The notes under the pieces were generated by a model, which searched no databases, was not told where the DNA came from, and was given only the letters and a program-made list of their open reading frames with translations. A stretch of 64,000 nucleotides of DNA from Octopus vulgaris (lineage: Eukaryota). The stretch spans positions 186,001 through 250,000 of the forward strand of contig OX597823.1 of NCBI GenBank assembly GCA_951406725.2. The letters run 5' to 3'. This document shows positions 39,766 through 53,619 of the stretch, in pieces. A program made the translations under genes and the position numbers. The number at the start of each line of letters is the position of its first letter. Positions within the stretch are counted from its first letter, which is position 1.

Positions 39766-42722
39766 GGGCCATGTGCTGGCAGAATCATTACAATAAAGGA
39801 CAAAATGCCTTGAGGTAATTAATTATTCCACTTTTTTCTGAGTTCAAATCCCACCACGGTTGATTGCCCTTTATCCTTCCACAGTTGATAAAATAAGTAC
39901 AAACCAACTAGGGTTGACCTAATTGACTATTCCCTCCCTTAGAGTCGAATTTTCCCTTTAAACTCTTGAATATTTATGAAAGAGATTATGAAGGACAAGG
40001 TTTACTGACCAGTGCCGTAGAGGATAATAACTTTAGTCTTCAGCATCCTCTAAGAACATACTAAAGGAGCCAGAGGATGAGAGTTATCTGTACAATGTTG
40101 TTTGTACTTATTTGATCAACTTACACATTAATAGAAAAATAATGTTGAAAGTAAAAAAAATCAATAAAAGTGGTTTTGAACTTAAAAATGAACTTTGATG
40201 GTGTTGCCTGGCCAATTGAGTTCTTTACTAATTATACAAACAACACATCAGGAACAACAAGTGTGAAACTGCACCAACAAGGGAACCTTTATACAGTTGT
40301 TTGCCTTGCTAGGAATAGCAGCTGATTTTCTCTCAATGGATACCCTACCAGCTGAAAAAGGCACCCAGAAAATGAGCCATAGACACAAAAATATAAATGA
40401 TTATTGTGGGTGTGCTGAGTCATAGCTAACCTGAAGTTAAGGAGTGTCTACCAAAATAATTTGGATAACTTGTACAGGAAAACTAAAATTTACATTCACT
40501 AACCCCCATCTTCCAGCAGTGTCACGATGGCAAAGAAACAGGTGGAATGAAAAATAGATAAAATTGCCTTTACTTAAAAGAAAAGGCTTCAAAGAAAGAA
40601 TCAGAAACTGTAGGAAGACTTGGCTAATTAGGGATCAACTTTCATTTTAGCAGTGTGTGCTCAAGTAAATACTAAAATAGATATTGTTGACATCATAAGA
40701 ATTTATTAACTTTAAGAGAGCATGAAATAATTCTTTTTTTGAACAGTGGATCTAGAAGCACATAAAGCTATAAATAATAGCATGGAAATGTTGGGCTAAG
40801 GAAACCCTTTAAATTGAAAAAGTTAACAGCTGCCTAAGGTATGCAAACTCACATCACCTGTAAACAGATGTTCTGTCACGAGTAGCCTTTTACCTTTTTC
40901 TTTCCAAAGATTTGCTTTAACCCAGTATTTACATGCTGTTATTTACAGTGTTATGTGCTTCAAGATCCACTGTTCCAATATATATATATGGACAACATTT
41001 TTGATTAAAAAAAAATCTATAATAAAAGAAAAGAAAGGGAGCAACTGTGGGACAAAATGAAAAAGACGAAGAGAAGAATCGTTTAAAATGATTATAGATT
41101 TTAAGAGAGTCAAAGAAAAATGGCCAGTGGGAAGAGATCAATGCAACATCAGTCAAATATTGATTCTTTTAGCTATCTCAAAATTAAACAACAATTCACA
41201 TACAAGTAGAAGAGATCATCTCAGTTGGTGACCCCACCCCTAATGAGAAGCACCCAACATTAATCCTGTTGGTGTGAAACAATTGGAAAAGAAGCAAATG
41301 GCATTCATGGCCTTTTCAATGGCAATAATAATAATAATATAAATCAGTTGAAATTGTAATAAACTGTACTTGTCCAACCCATGCTAGCATGGAAAGCGGA
41401 CTCTAAATGATGATGATGTACTTGCTTAAAAACTTATGACCACATACTTGTCATGCGCACACACACACACACATTTACATTATGTAAACATTTTTTGAGG
41501 TAGAGAGAGAATATATGTAAGTGGAGCTGCTCCTGGGTTACTGGCTCAGTTGATAAGGTGTTTCCTGACTGGCTGCTTTAAAAGCTGTCACTGGTACACG
41601 GAGTCACAGAACTATAAAGAGGTACCACACAACAGGAACAATTCCCCACCAAATAGTGACAGTGTTATTAACCTGACAACACACTTCAGCTTCCTGTCCA
41701 TAAATCTTCTTGCTGACTTTTCTCTCTACTCTTATACAACCACTATCATGGCCTGGTTCACTTCAGCCCACCTCCATTCAGGCAACCCTACTTCTATGTC
41801 TCTCCTCTTTTCGTCATGCATATTATATCCAAATTAGGTCCACTAACAACTATTCTGAGAAGGTGAAGCAAACAGTCCCTTCTGTCAGTGCAACCAAAAC
41901 ACAAAAGTGTTTCATTAACTTGCAAAGCGATGACCCCCTTCCAAGTTAAATTTACTCTATAAGAAAGCCTTCAGTGTCTTCCTCTGACCAAATGCATTAT
42001 AGGACTTTGCTGTCGCTATGCTTAAGCATTCAAATACAAAAAGAAAGCTAAGATTAATGTGATACAAAGGTTGAAATTGAACCCACATCTTCTAAAGAGT
42101 ATACAAGTACAAAAACTTTATCCTTTCTATTCAACTTATTATTCATTACTTTTCAATGTTATTCATAATAACTCTGAGTATTGACAAAGTACAATTTCCT
42201 GATTTTTATCTGTCTTGGAAGATTTTATGTTAAATGTTAGCTCAAGTATTGAACACCTAATTTAAGAATTTCTGCTGAATTTATGTAAACTACATAAACT
42301 TAAAATAAACTGATTCCCATCACTACATAATTATCGGAACCAAGTACCCTACACCAAGGTGAACCCTTATTTACGTCTACTCTGAACAAGAGAGGATAGA
42401 AAAGTGATAGCTGTTTCCCAGAATGGTGTGTCTGAACTACGTAAAACAGTTGATGGGACAGCTACAGTATATATTTCCAAATGTTAACTACTGAAATAGA
42501 GATAGGGGATAATATGTATTTCACATTTCTAATGTTTAGTAAAGTTACATTAAAGTGAGTAGAGACTTATATTGGAGGGTCCAGCTGTGATGCTTAGATC
42601 AACAGTTGAACAAGTTTAACCATTTAGCCACATGTCTTTAGAAAATTATATTATGCAATGCTCTCTTGTAATCTGCAGCAGGCAGGCAGGAAGTCACATG
42701 CCGAGCTAGCAACTTTACCTAC

Positions 42723-42767
42723 CTTCAGGAAGGCTTTGGCCTTGTGGACAACAAAACAACATTTCAT
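42723..42767 (-). CDS. Candidate alternative first coding exon (MKCCFVVHKAKAFLK)
   Basis: ATG plus 15 codons ending at AAG|gtaggt, phase 0, in apparently unique sequence. No homology support. Confidence 0.35.
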
Positions 42768-43226
42768 TGGTTATGTATAGGAAAAATACAATATCAATAA
42801 CAAAAAGGTAAAAGAAAAAAGAAAACAAAAAGATGATGAAACCATTTCTCTTCTTAGTGTAGTTTGGTTTGGTTGACAACTAAGTAATAGCTATTTTGTA
42901 TTCTGGCAGAATCTCAACTCCAAAAGCTCTTTTCATTGTACAGAGCAAACTCCAGTTGACTGAAGGTAGAGAGGGAATTAAGAGTGAATCTCAAAATCCA
43001 ATCTTTGAGGACACACTGCAACTAATAAACAATTATTGGTGGTGTGACAAAAAGTTGTTGATGAGCAAAGTCAGCAACCACAATCGGTGCCATTTCACAC
43101 TCCACATTTTGCTACTGTACTTGGGAATGGCAATTAATGCTGAAAATTCCCATTTTATATTTTCGGTATTTATGCAAATTTATGAAATCATTATAAATCA
43201 TCATCCTCATATTATTATTATTATTA

Positions 43227-43266
<40 letters not shown>

Positions 43267-44989
43267 AAATTGAGTTAAGAAATAGGTTTCAATTTCTAAA
43301 AGTATTTTCAGATTGCAATTAGTTGACAACTTGATTTTAGATGGGTGCAAACCTGTGCTTCTAACTGCCATGCTGGGTCTGTGGAAAACATTAAAGATTA
43401 GTACTGGCTAAATTGACCAGCATCTATGCAGGTTTAGATGCTGGTCAATCAATAGTTTAGTGGTATTGCCATAAATGTATGGTCCTGAGCATCAAGATGC
43501 ACATCCAGTTTAGCTGAAACTTAAATATTGGGTTCTCAGTGAGTAATAAAGATATTAGAACAACATGTTGCTTTCCCAAGCCGTCCTCTGTATTAGTGAG
43601 TTTAAAGATGTTTGTGTGTGTATGTGTGTGTGTGCACATGTGTATAAATACACATATATATGCACACATGTGCATACATACCAATTAAAAAAGTTACATA
43701 ACCCACCCACCTCCATGAAGTGTGTTTAACAGGACACACGGAGAGACATGCTCAGAGATTACAAAAAATATTTTACGGGTTTTTGTGTTTTTTATTCCTT
43801 CTATTTTGGGGCTAAATTCGATTTTACAGTAAGTGGGAGCATGAGTAACCTAATCTACTTTATTACATGGAGATGTCCCAGTGTTCTACAAATCAATGAG
43901 ATGAAAGGTAAACTTATCCGCACACACACACACACATGAACCAAACTGAGCAGCAGACTATTGGTAAATACTAATCAGTTTGGTTTATGGTTAATCACTT
44001 GACTGTTTAAATCGTAGAAGCCCATGGCACAGACAACAAATCAGGTGAAGTTCTCTATGTTTCACTTAACTGAGGGACAATGTGTCCCAAGTTGTAGAAC
44101 TTAAAAGCATGATTTCCATTTTGATACATGAGGAAAGCACTGGCCACTACATTAAGCTGCTGGTATTGCTTAACCACAAGTCACTTGTGGCTTATATAGA
44201 CAAGTGCTGCTGCAGACTGGGCAACAGCACTGAGGTTCTATTGTGAACTTGCAACCGAACCAACTATGACAGTTTCTTCATGTTGAGATATTCTTTAGCT
44301 AACTTCAGCTTAACTGCTGACTGCAAACTACAAGGGCAGACTGCTTCATTACAAAACGAAATTTAGTTAGCATCCAGTGTCAAGATTGCAGCTGGGGGGG
44401 GGGGGGCAGTAGGAGTGGTCCATCCTGGGTGGCACTTTTGAGTCTGCTGTAGACAATGTGCTTTTTGTGGGGCCCAGGGGTGGCAAATGGAAGGGCTGCT
44501 CTGGGCAGCACACACTCTAGCTACATTAGTGAGCTCAGCCTAACAAAAAAAGTGATTGATTCATTAGGAAGACAGAGACTGAATAAAATTTCTGAAAAAA
44601 TGATGCCTGATGCTACAATGTTAGAAGAATTATTTCAGATAGTTTAAAGAAGAGAGTGCTGGAGCCAGTAATTCATTTGCATCTGATGGCTGTAAGTCAG
44701 TGCCAGGATAATTAAGAAATAATGACAATTAGAGAAGACTGGAGAAAGAGATCCATCAATTGTTGTTAGTATTGGGATTTGAGTCTTGGGATCTTTAATG
44801 TCTGAAGAGGGGCACAGAACAATTTGCTGAAAGGTAACCAGGGTGTAGCTGTAGTTTATGATGTGTGTGTGTATATATATATGTGAGTGGCAGGGCAAAT
44901 GATGTCACATAGCTTCTACACTCTGTGCTACAAGAATAGAATGTAAAGGGGGGGGGGGGAGTAGGTGTGTAATTGATGTAAACAATGAT

Positions 44990-45029
<40 letters not shown>

Positions 45030-46189
45030 CTAACACACACACACACACTCACACAGTGTAAAACAAGAACAAACAACAAGTCCTCTACAAAGCATAAATG
45101 TTAACAGCAAACAGCAACAAAAAGGCTCTAAAAATTGTAGCTGCATTTATTTGTTTATATATTTATTATTATTATTATTTTTTGGTGGGGTTTCCAGCAT
45201 TTTTTTTTCTTTTCTTTTAGTTTAAAGCACAACAAATCAATGGCTTGGAAGTTAAGAAAAATGTGTAATACATAAACAACAACAACCATGGCACAAGACT
45301 AGGAGGATGCCTAGTGGGGTGGCGGGGAGGTTAAGGGTGAAAGGTTAAGTGTGAAACCACTTGTTATTATGTGTGGTGGTTGTTTGCTGTATGTTTGTAG
45401 ACATTATACTGCTACCTTCAGGGAATTAATGCTGAACAAGAGCAATTGTATTGCATCTGCCTGTAAAAAGACAAACATTCACGTTTTTTGGTTTTATTTG
45501 GAACCAGAGACATTGCAGACATTGGGTAAGGGGAGGGGGATGGTGATGGAAACAAGAGTGGGGGGGTGAGTGGTGGTGGAAAAAGAGAGAGAGAGACAGA
45601 GAGAGGTGGTGATAAGAGAGAGAGATAGAAAGAGAGACAGATAGAGGTGGTGGTAAGATGAGGCAAGAAACATCAATCTTATGAATCAGGAAAACAAATT
45701 ATTTGGAGAAGTATTGGAAATGGGGTGGGAGGTGAGGGTGCATTAGATTCAATAACATAACATTATAATTAGATAAGCATAGTGTGTGTGTGTGTGTGTA
45801 TACATGCACACATACTCATAAATACACATACACACACACACACACACACAACAGGCTTGCATATACCAAACTCACTGAAGGGGTACTGACCAGCATGAGC
45901 TACAGTAGAAACTTGCCCAGGAAGAGTTTCAAAGATCGGCTGAAATGCCAACTGACCCAAGCAAGGACAGACCCTACAGAGTGGGAATGAGTTACAGCCC
46001 AGAGGGAGTTGTGGCCAGATTAAGGAGCATACATAAGTTATAAATATCAACAGATACAGTAAAAACACACACACACACACAAAAAAGATTCCGCTTCCAT
46101 CCCTGGGGTGGTAACAATTGATCTGTTATTGAGTTGCTCATTCCTCAAAATAATTCTCAATGATATTTCTATTTCTATTTTTAATTTCT

Positions 46190-46563
46190 TAACAAGACAA
46201 GATGAAATCATTCTGAAATCGTAGTCGTGGCCGATGCTGGTGGCACATAAAAGGCACCATTCGAGCATTGGGTCTCACGAAGATAGTGACAGATGACTGA
46301 GACTTTTGGTGATATACGATGCTTCAGAAGACTAGTCAAACCAAGTGAGATTGTAGTTGTGGCCGATGCCGGCATCACATAAATGGTGTGTAAAAAGCAC
46401 ACACGACACTCTTGGAGTGGTTGGTGTTAGGAAGGACATTCATCCATAGAAACTATGCCAAATCAGATTCGAACCTAGTGCAGCTCCCTGGCTTACCCGT
46501 TTTCAGTCAAACCATCCATGCCAGCATGGAAAATGGACGTTAAATGATGATGGTGATGATGAT
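46190..46563 (+). mobile_element. RTE-LINE 3' UTR fragment
   Basis: Ends ccagcatggaaaatggacgttaaatgatgatg. Confidence 0.8.
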
Positions 46564-49500
46564 AAAGAAAAGTGGGACAGACAAACAAACCATCAACAAA
46601 GTAACTAACGAGAACAGTTAATTGGTTTAGTAATAAACTTTAACAGAAATATTCAGCAAACACTGGCAGTTGAACTTGTAAAAATGATTGTTATTATTAA
46701 TTAATTAATTATTATTATAGGTGTTGTTGCACTAGAAGCCATAGTATGAAAATTAGTTCTCGGTGAACTGGCTCTAGTTTCTAGGATTTCTACTTTTCAT
46801 TCCCAATTAGATTGGTTTCATAAAATATAATTATTTTAATTATTGGGAAATGTAGTGGCTAAGTGTCAGTGGTATTTATTGAGCTACAATCCCAGCTGCA
46901 GGGCTTGAGGTTGTAGGCCACTGCAGATATGGTATTATATTACAAAACAAAATAGTTTGTTAATAAAGGTATTTTTTGTCAAATCAAGAAGAATCAACTA
47001 AAAAACCAAAATATTTACATTATTGCTGCACCGTAAAAAGGAACAATGGTGTAGTGGCAATTTCCTTGAAAACCATGTCAGCAACTCAGTTTCGATGGAC
47101 ATTTTCGAACAGATTTGACATTTCATAATCTTCAGTTTTGCTGCTACCATATTGTGAATTCTGAGCACTGCCATATAACAGCAGCAAGATTTTGATAATC
47201 TAAGTCTGCAATCTGATTGCAAATCTCAACTAGGAATATCCCCACTTCTATACGAATTGTGCTTAAGAGAATAACAAAGGTTTATTTCCTCTTTCACCTT
47301 TGTGATTTTTCATGTCCTCATTGTCGTAATTTTTATCATTTCTACTATCATTTAGTCTTGCTTACTCGTTAGCTAATTGAGATTAAAAAGAAAGAACAAT
47401 TATAAGAAAACCAAACAAAAGATATCATGCTAACAGACAAACATGTTTCTTTTCCTCTCCTATTTTCCTGAAAATCTGGAATTAGTGAAGCATAAATTAA
47501 ACCTGAAATGAAATAATGGAAAAACATGTAGCCATCTAAATAAAGAAAAGAAAAGAAGGAACATGTCCTTACTCCCAGACCAAATAATATTACTGGTTAG
47601 CTTTCAACAGCTAACAACCAAGAATCAAATCCTTGTAGTGTAAGTAAGAATAATTTCCAATGTTGTTCTCATGAAATCCAACTCTAATCGCATTTTACAT
47701 ATATTGTTGACTGCAGACAGAGGCTGGACAAATTGGTTGAAATAATGTTGCATTAATAAGGAGCAAAGTGATTAATGAAGACAGTGTAGTGCACCTAAAT
47801 TGCAACTGCACACAATAAAATGCAGTAATGTGTGCCAAGAAGTTGCAGCCAGAGCTGAAACATTTTGAAGTTCTCCTTAACAGCTTACTTAACTGTATAA
47901 AGTTGCTGAGGTTTACTTAGTTATAGAAGTAGCTAGTGAAGGCAAGAGATTAGAAAGCAGCTGTCTTAACCATTTTCACTATTAATAACATATCATCAGT
48001 CAAATATTTCATAAATCGGATAACCAATTGGTCAACATTTCCAGACGATAATTTCACAGAAATAGACCATCTGTGAAGGGTACATTAGTATAGAACCATT
48101 TCTATAATTAGTCCAGACCTTCCACTCCATGTCATGGGGACTTATTTTATTGATTCTAGTGAAATTTGAACCAGAAGATGTGTAAGTGGATAACAGAAAC
48201 GTCTGATTTGGCCATCTACACAGAATAATCACAATTTTATTTGTAACAATGAGATTTTGCTTAGAAAGAAATGGAATTTATCGATACATACAAGAACAAT
48301 TTATTTGAAAGTTGTATTGATTCTAGTCTAAAATGCATCAACAACCTTGGCAAAAAGGACTCATCCATGTGCACATACAAAGTACACATGCATAAAACAT
48401 ATGTGCATGGTGGCACACACACACACACATATCCTTTTATGTCATGGTTGAATAACACTGAATAAATAACACAAGCTGCATGTAGCAACCAAGGCTGACA
48501 GTAACATTCCAAACTCATCATTTAATGTTACTATCAACACAAATGAACTTACTTTAACAATGATGACATACTTTGCAGACAAAACTCTTGATTTCTTTAT
48601 TAAGAGTATACAGTAACACACATCATCATCATCTCAATAGATACTCAAAGTATGTTTTTGATATTATTCCCTGTTAATTTTGAAAGCTTTTGTAATCAGA
48701 CAGTGTATCCAACTGATTCTTACCCAGTAACCTATAATACCCTGGATACCTGTGGACACACTTGCATAGCTGACATAACTTTGTAGCAAATATGTGTTTT
48801 TATCACAAAATCCAGAGAACACATTATCACACATTCACTGAGATACAGACATTACATATAGCATTAAACACAGACTACAAACATTATAGATAATACCTGT
48901 TGCATGTACACCACTTGCCTGCATGAGCATCTCTAAATAAATATAGCAGAGAAACTCACACGTAGGATAGATTACATAGCAGTAGACTTTATGTCATAAC
49001 CAAATGACACAAGGTCAGTAGTTGTACTAGTAGACACAGAAAAGATAGGCCATTTCTTTCTCAGTTATTTTATATTTGATGATAAAGTGTCCACATTAAT
49101 CCAACCATCAACTTGTGGCAGTCTAAATGAAGACAGAGATTTCTCTACCATGAATCTGCAGTGATTCTTTATTCCAGACTTGCTTTATTTTCTGCCAGTT
49201 TTCTCTTCAGATATCATCACAATGTTTGGTATCCTCAAAATAGAAATACCCAAGGAATCAGAGATTAAATCTATTAAACTTTATTATACTAAAATCTCAA
49301 CCATTCTCTCAACTTCATGACAATATCAACATTATTTCTTTTACAATAAAAAATTTAACATGATGGTTGTGATTAATATGATTTAGCATTCCACCACCAC
49401 CACCACCTCCTCCTCCTACTACTACTACTACTACTTGCAGATGATGTAGCATCTGTATGGCATGCTGATCTGGGTTGGATGGTTTGATTGGATCCAGCAG

Positions 49501-51165
49501 GCTTTAGTAGTGAGTCAAGCTGCAGCATCTGTTTCAGCATAACTTTTACGGGTGGATGCACTTCCTAGCACCGTCCATTTTTTTCATTTCATTGGCACTG
49601 GTGAGGTCACCAAGTACCTTGTAAAACGAAGACACCCCCCACCCGCTTGACTGAGTTGTGTGGGGATTTGAGGGAGGCTGCTAATGCCAGATGTTGAAAG
49701 GGATATGAACAGGTGCTTTGCTGCAAAGGGGACACATAGAAAGAGAGAGAGGATGTGTTAGGACATAACCACAAGGTGCAAGAGGGTGAATGTGTGTGTG
49801 TGTGTGTGGGGGGGATTGAGATAGAAGTGTAGGTAAGTTTGGAGGAATGTAAGGTGAGTAACAAATGGAAGAAATATGGGGATATGGATGACACAGTGAA
49901 TGGTATGGTCAATGGCGAAAACTAGTTTGGGGGGAGTGAGGAAAGTGGAGGAAATAGGAGTGGATAAGAGAGGAGGAGGAGGAGGCACTGTACTTTGTAC
50001 TTTTAGAGCCATGAGAAATAAGATACCTTACTTGAAAAGCAGATAGGACTTAGTATCAAACTGCAAACCAATGTCGAACCCATGCTTATAAGGGTCAGAT
50101 GGAATTTGTTGAGACAGATTTTCTGTGGCTAGATACAGTTCCTGTCACTAATCCTCATTTGTTTCAAGACACTCATTTACAACTGTCACATCATGTTAAA
50201 ACACACACGTACACATATGACAGGCTTCGTTCAGTTTCTGTCAACCAAATCCATTCACAAAGCACTAGTCAGCCTGGGGCTAGAGTAGCCGACATGTTTG
50301 TCCAAGCGTGTCTTCTACAGTGACACTGAACCTGACACCACATGGTTGGGCAAACGAACCTTTTACCCTAAAACAGCCATACCTGCATCTATAATATACA
50401 GTAAGTATTGACTTTGATGACCTTTCAAAAGAAGCTAGGGGAAGTATTGTAAGGAGATCTGAATTCAAGGCTGTTTGCCATTTTTTCAATCAACAGAGAA
50501 ATAGTTAAATTTGCTATATTTGTATGTCTACTACATAGACTTTTATATATCTAGACAGAAGGTATCAATAATAGGAGAGGGATTTGTTGATTAAATTGAC
50601 CCTGTAATTGTCTGTTACTTTATTTTACTCATTCCATAAGGATGAAGGGCATAGTTGACCATGGCAACATATAATTCAGAATGTAAAGACGAAACCTTTA
50701 ATGGAAGCACAGATTGGGAGGCAGCAATGAAAATTCCTGTTTCAATGTGAATTAAATGTTCCCTTTGTTTGGTTTCTAGCTTCAGTTATTCAGCTTGATT
50801 GGAATGCAACCTGAAGATTAAAGACACACATCTGGTTCTTATATTAGCAATCAGGTAAAATACAAACACTTGTATATGGAGTCACTTGACTAAGAAAAAC
50901 TATATAGCTGCAGAGAGAGAACAATAGAGTTTGAAATACAACAGAGTGGTTTCAGTTCTGTGATAGCTTTCCTTTAAAATAAAGACCAATACTTTTATAT
51001 ATATTTCACTTCACTTGAATGTAAAAACAATAATAAACATGAGAAGCAGAAGAAAATCTATCAAAACAAGTCTAGTATTTATTTCTCACTACAATAAATG
51101 TAATGTGTAAAGGAAAAATGCCACACCTATACTTTATATGTATATATATGTGTATGTGTGTATAT

Positions 51166-51208
<43 letters not shown>

Positions 51209-51210
<2 letters not shown>

Positions 51211-51690
51211 ATAAAAATCCATGTAATTTGCATACCTGTGTTAATTTACACAGGTGATTTTCAAGATAAAAATTGTTAAAAATACCTTCTACTCATGTAA
51301 GATTTGCACTCAAAAGTTTTCAGAATTGCTGATATGGCCAGGGGAAAAAAGGTTTTCAATTTAGTTGTATTTAGCATAATTTCACTTACTTATGATTAGA
51401 TTTTATTAAATTTTCATTAAATAAAAATAATTTCTGTTCAACAGGTATCACATTAAAACTTATTAAATTACAAAGTGTTTGTGTTGTTTATAATAAACTT
51501 TATTTTACATTTCTTGCCCACAAGAGATTATGTCCGATCTTTAGCTTACTGCTGTATGCCTTCTTAAATCACAATCACAGGAAAAGTTGTTGATAATTCT
51601 TATCAACAAAAACAAAGCTGATAAATATGCACAGGTGTTGCAAAATAAGTTTAATTACCAATAAACATCAGCTTGGATGACACTTTACTC
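51209..51690. mobile_element. Partial copy of the 16929-17740 MITE in inverted orientation
   Basis: Reverse complement of about 17260-17740; begins with the TIR inside a (TA)n run. Confidence 0.9.
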
Positions 51691-52803
51691 AACCGACAGA
51701 GGAAGGTGACCGATCAAACTGATTATGTAAACAGAATTCTGATTGGTCGAAAGTGTCTTCTTGTCTCAAGCTCTGATTTTCTGCCTATTCTTGTTGGAAC
51801 CTTTGATATGGAGTATCGAAATTTTAATTCCTTTCACACTTACAAAATGTAAAGCAAGCTTAAGAATTTGTCATTACCATTTTAGCTGGGAGACCAAACT
51901 GATAGTTTGGTAACCCACTAAAACAAACATTAAAAATCGAAAGGAGAAAATAAACAGCTTTGCAAATTTAACTCAGTGTTTATTGAACAGGAGAGGTGCA
52001 AAATTTAAGAAGAGACTTGCTAGAATATACACATCTGTGAGGGGACATAAAGAAGAATAGCAAAAATCTACTCTACCAAAAGAACTGGTAATACATACAT
52101 TACAAGTGTTCTACGAAGAGAACATGAGATTGCTGCAGAACTCGACATGAATGTGAAACGACATTAAACATTGGATATGGTAAATGAAGGTTTCTGTAAA
52201 CAGACCCCATAAAGTTCAAGAAGTCTTTGAACAAACTCCTTCAAGAAATCCTGGATTTTACCAGGTGGGGCTATTAAGTTAGGCATAACCAGGGCCAACA
52301 TTGTCTGAAACCTATCAAAGTGTGTGTGTGTAAAGAGGGGTATATACATAGAATTACAGATATAAAGATGCCTGACCATGCATAAATGGCCACGTGAATA
52401 TAAACTTTACATAGAACACATACTTCTATAAATAGCAACTTCCTTGTATGGTATTACTCAGTCACTCTACCCTGACAGCTACAGGTTGCCTTCCTGTTCA
52501 TGCCTCAATATAAAGACAGGAGAAATGATTAAAAATGACTTCCTTGTGTGGTATTTCTCAGCCACTCCACTTGGAGAGCAAGGGACAAATGATTAAAAAT
52601 GAAAGTAAAGTATGTACACCTGCATAATTTACAGGTAATTATTTTATATCTAAAGCTCAAATCTTCATTGTTAATCTGAACATATTGCAAGGTGTGACTG
52701 AGAGCATATTTTCTGTGCAGGCTTGTGCATGCGTGTGTGTAAACATATGCATACATAAACATACGTATACACACACACATGTACATATATATATATACAC
52801 GCA

Positions 52804-52856
<53 letters not shown>

Positions 52857-53188
52857 AAATTAACAGAATGAGATAAAAATCCAAGGCTATAAAGATTTGA
52901 GAACATTTACAAACAGGACTTAGAGCTGTTTCCAGAATATTTTATATCTCCCTTCATCGGAGAAGGTGTGAGAGAATGCTGAAGAAATAGTTATTCAAGA
53001 TTAGATATGAAATAAGAGAATGAAGTGGAGAAATGAAAATAAACATAAAATATGGAGGGATATTGTGTCTTCAGTTCTATTATTTAGGCAGAATGGTATA
53101 CGTATAAGATTCCTGTATCTTGAGATTAAGTTCCAATAGTACTTAAAATTGGTCACTCCAAGCATAGAGTGTGTAAATGGTGTTATTG

Positions 53189-53450
53189 ATATATATATAT
53201 ATACACATACATACATATATACATATATATATATACATATACATATATATATATATACACATACATACATATATACATATATATATATACATATACACAT
53301 ATATATATATATACATATACATATATATATATATATATACATATATACATACATATACATATATATATACATATACATATATATATACATATACATATAT
53401 ATATATATATACATATATACATATATACATATACATATATATATATATAC

Positions 53451-53535
<85 letters not shown>

Positions 53536-53550
53536 GATATATGTACATAT
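53189..53550. repeat. (TA)/(TACA) low-complexity tract
   Basis: Direct inspection; source of the poly-IY ORFs. Confidence 0.97.
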
Positions 53551-53619
53551 ATTTATCATCATCATCATCGTTTAACGTCCGTTCTCCATGCTAGCATGGG
53601 ATATATATATATATATATA

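Noticed and set aside
44375-44532. Possible hAT-like MITE with a poly-G tract
   Set aside because: The termini are too degenerate and no TSD could be confirmed.
48553-48635. Donor AAA|gtaagt with upstream ATGs
   Set aside because: The ATG frames either stop or end in phase 2; there is no phase-0 start.
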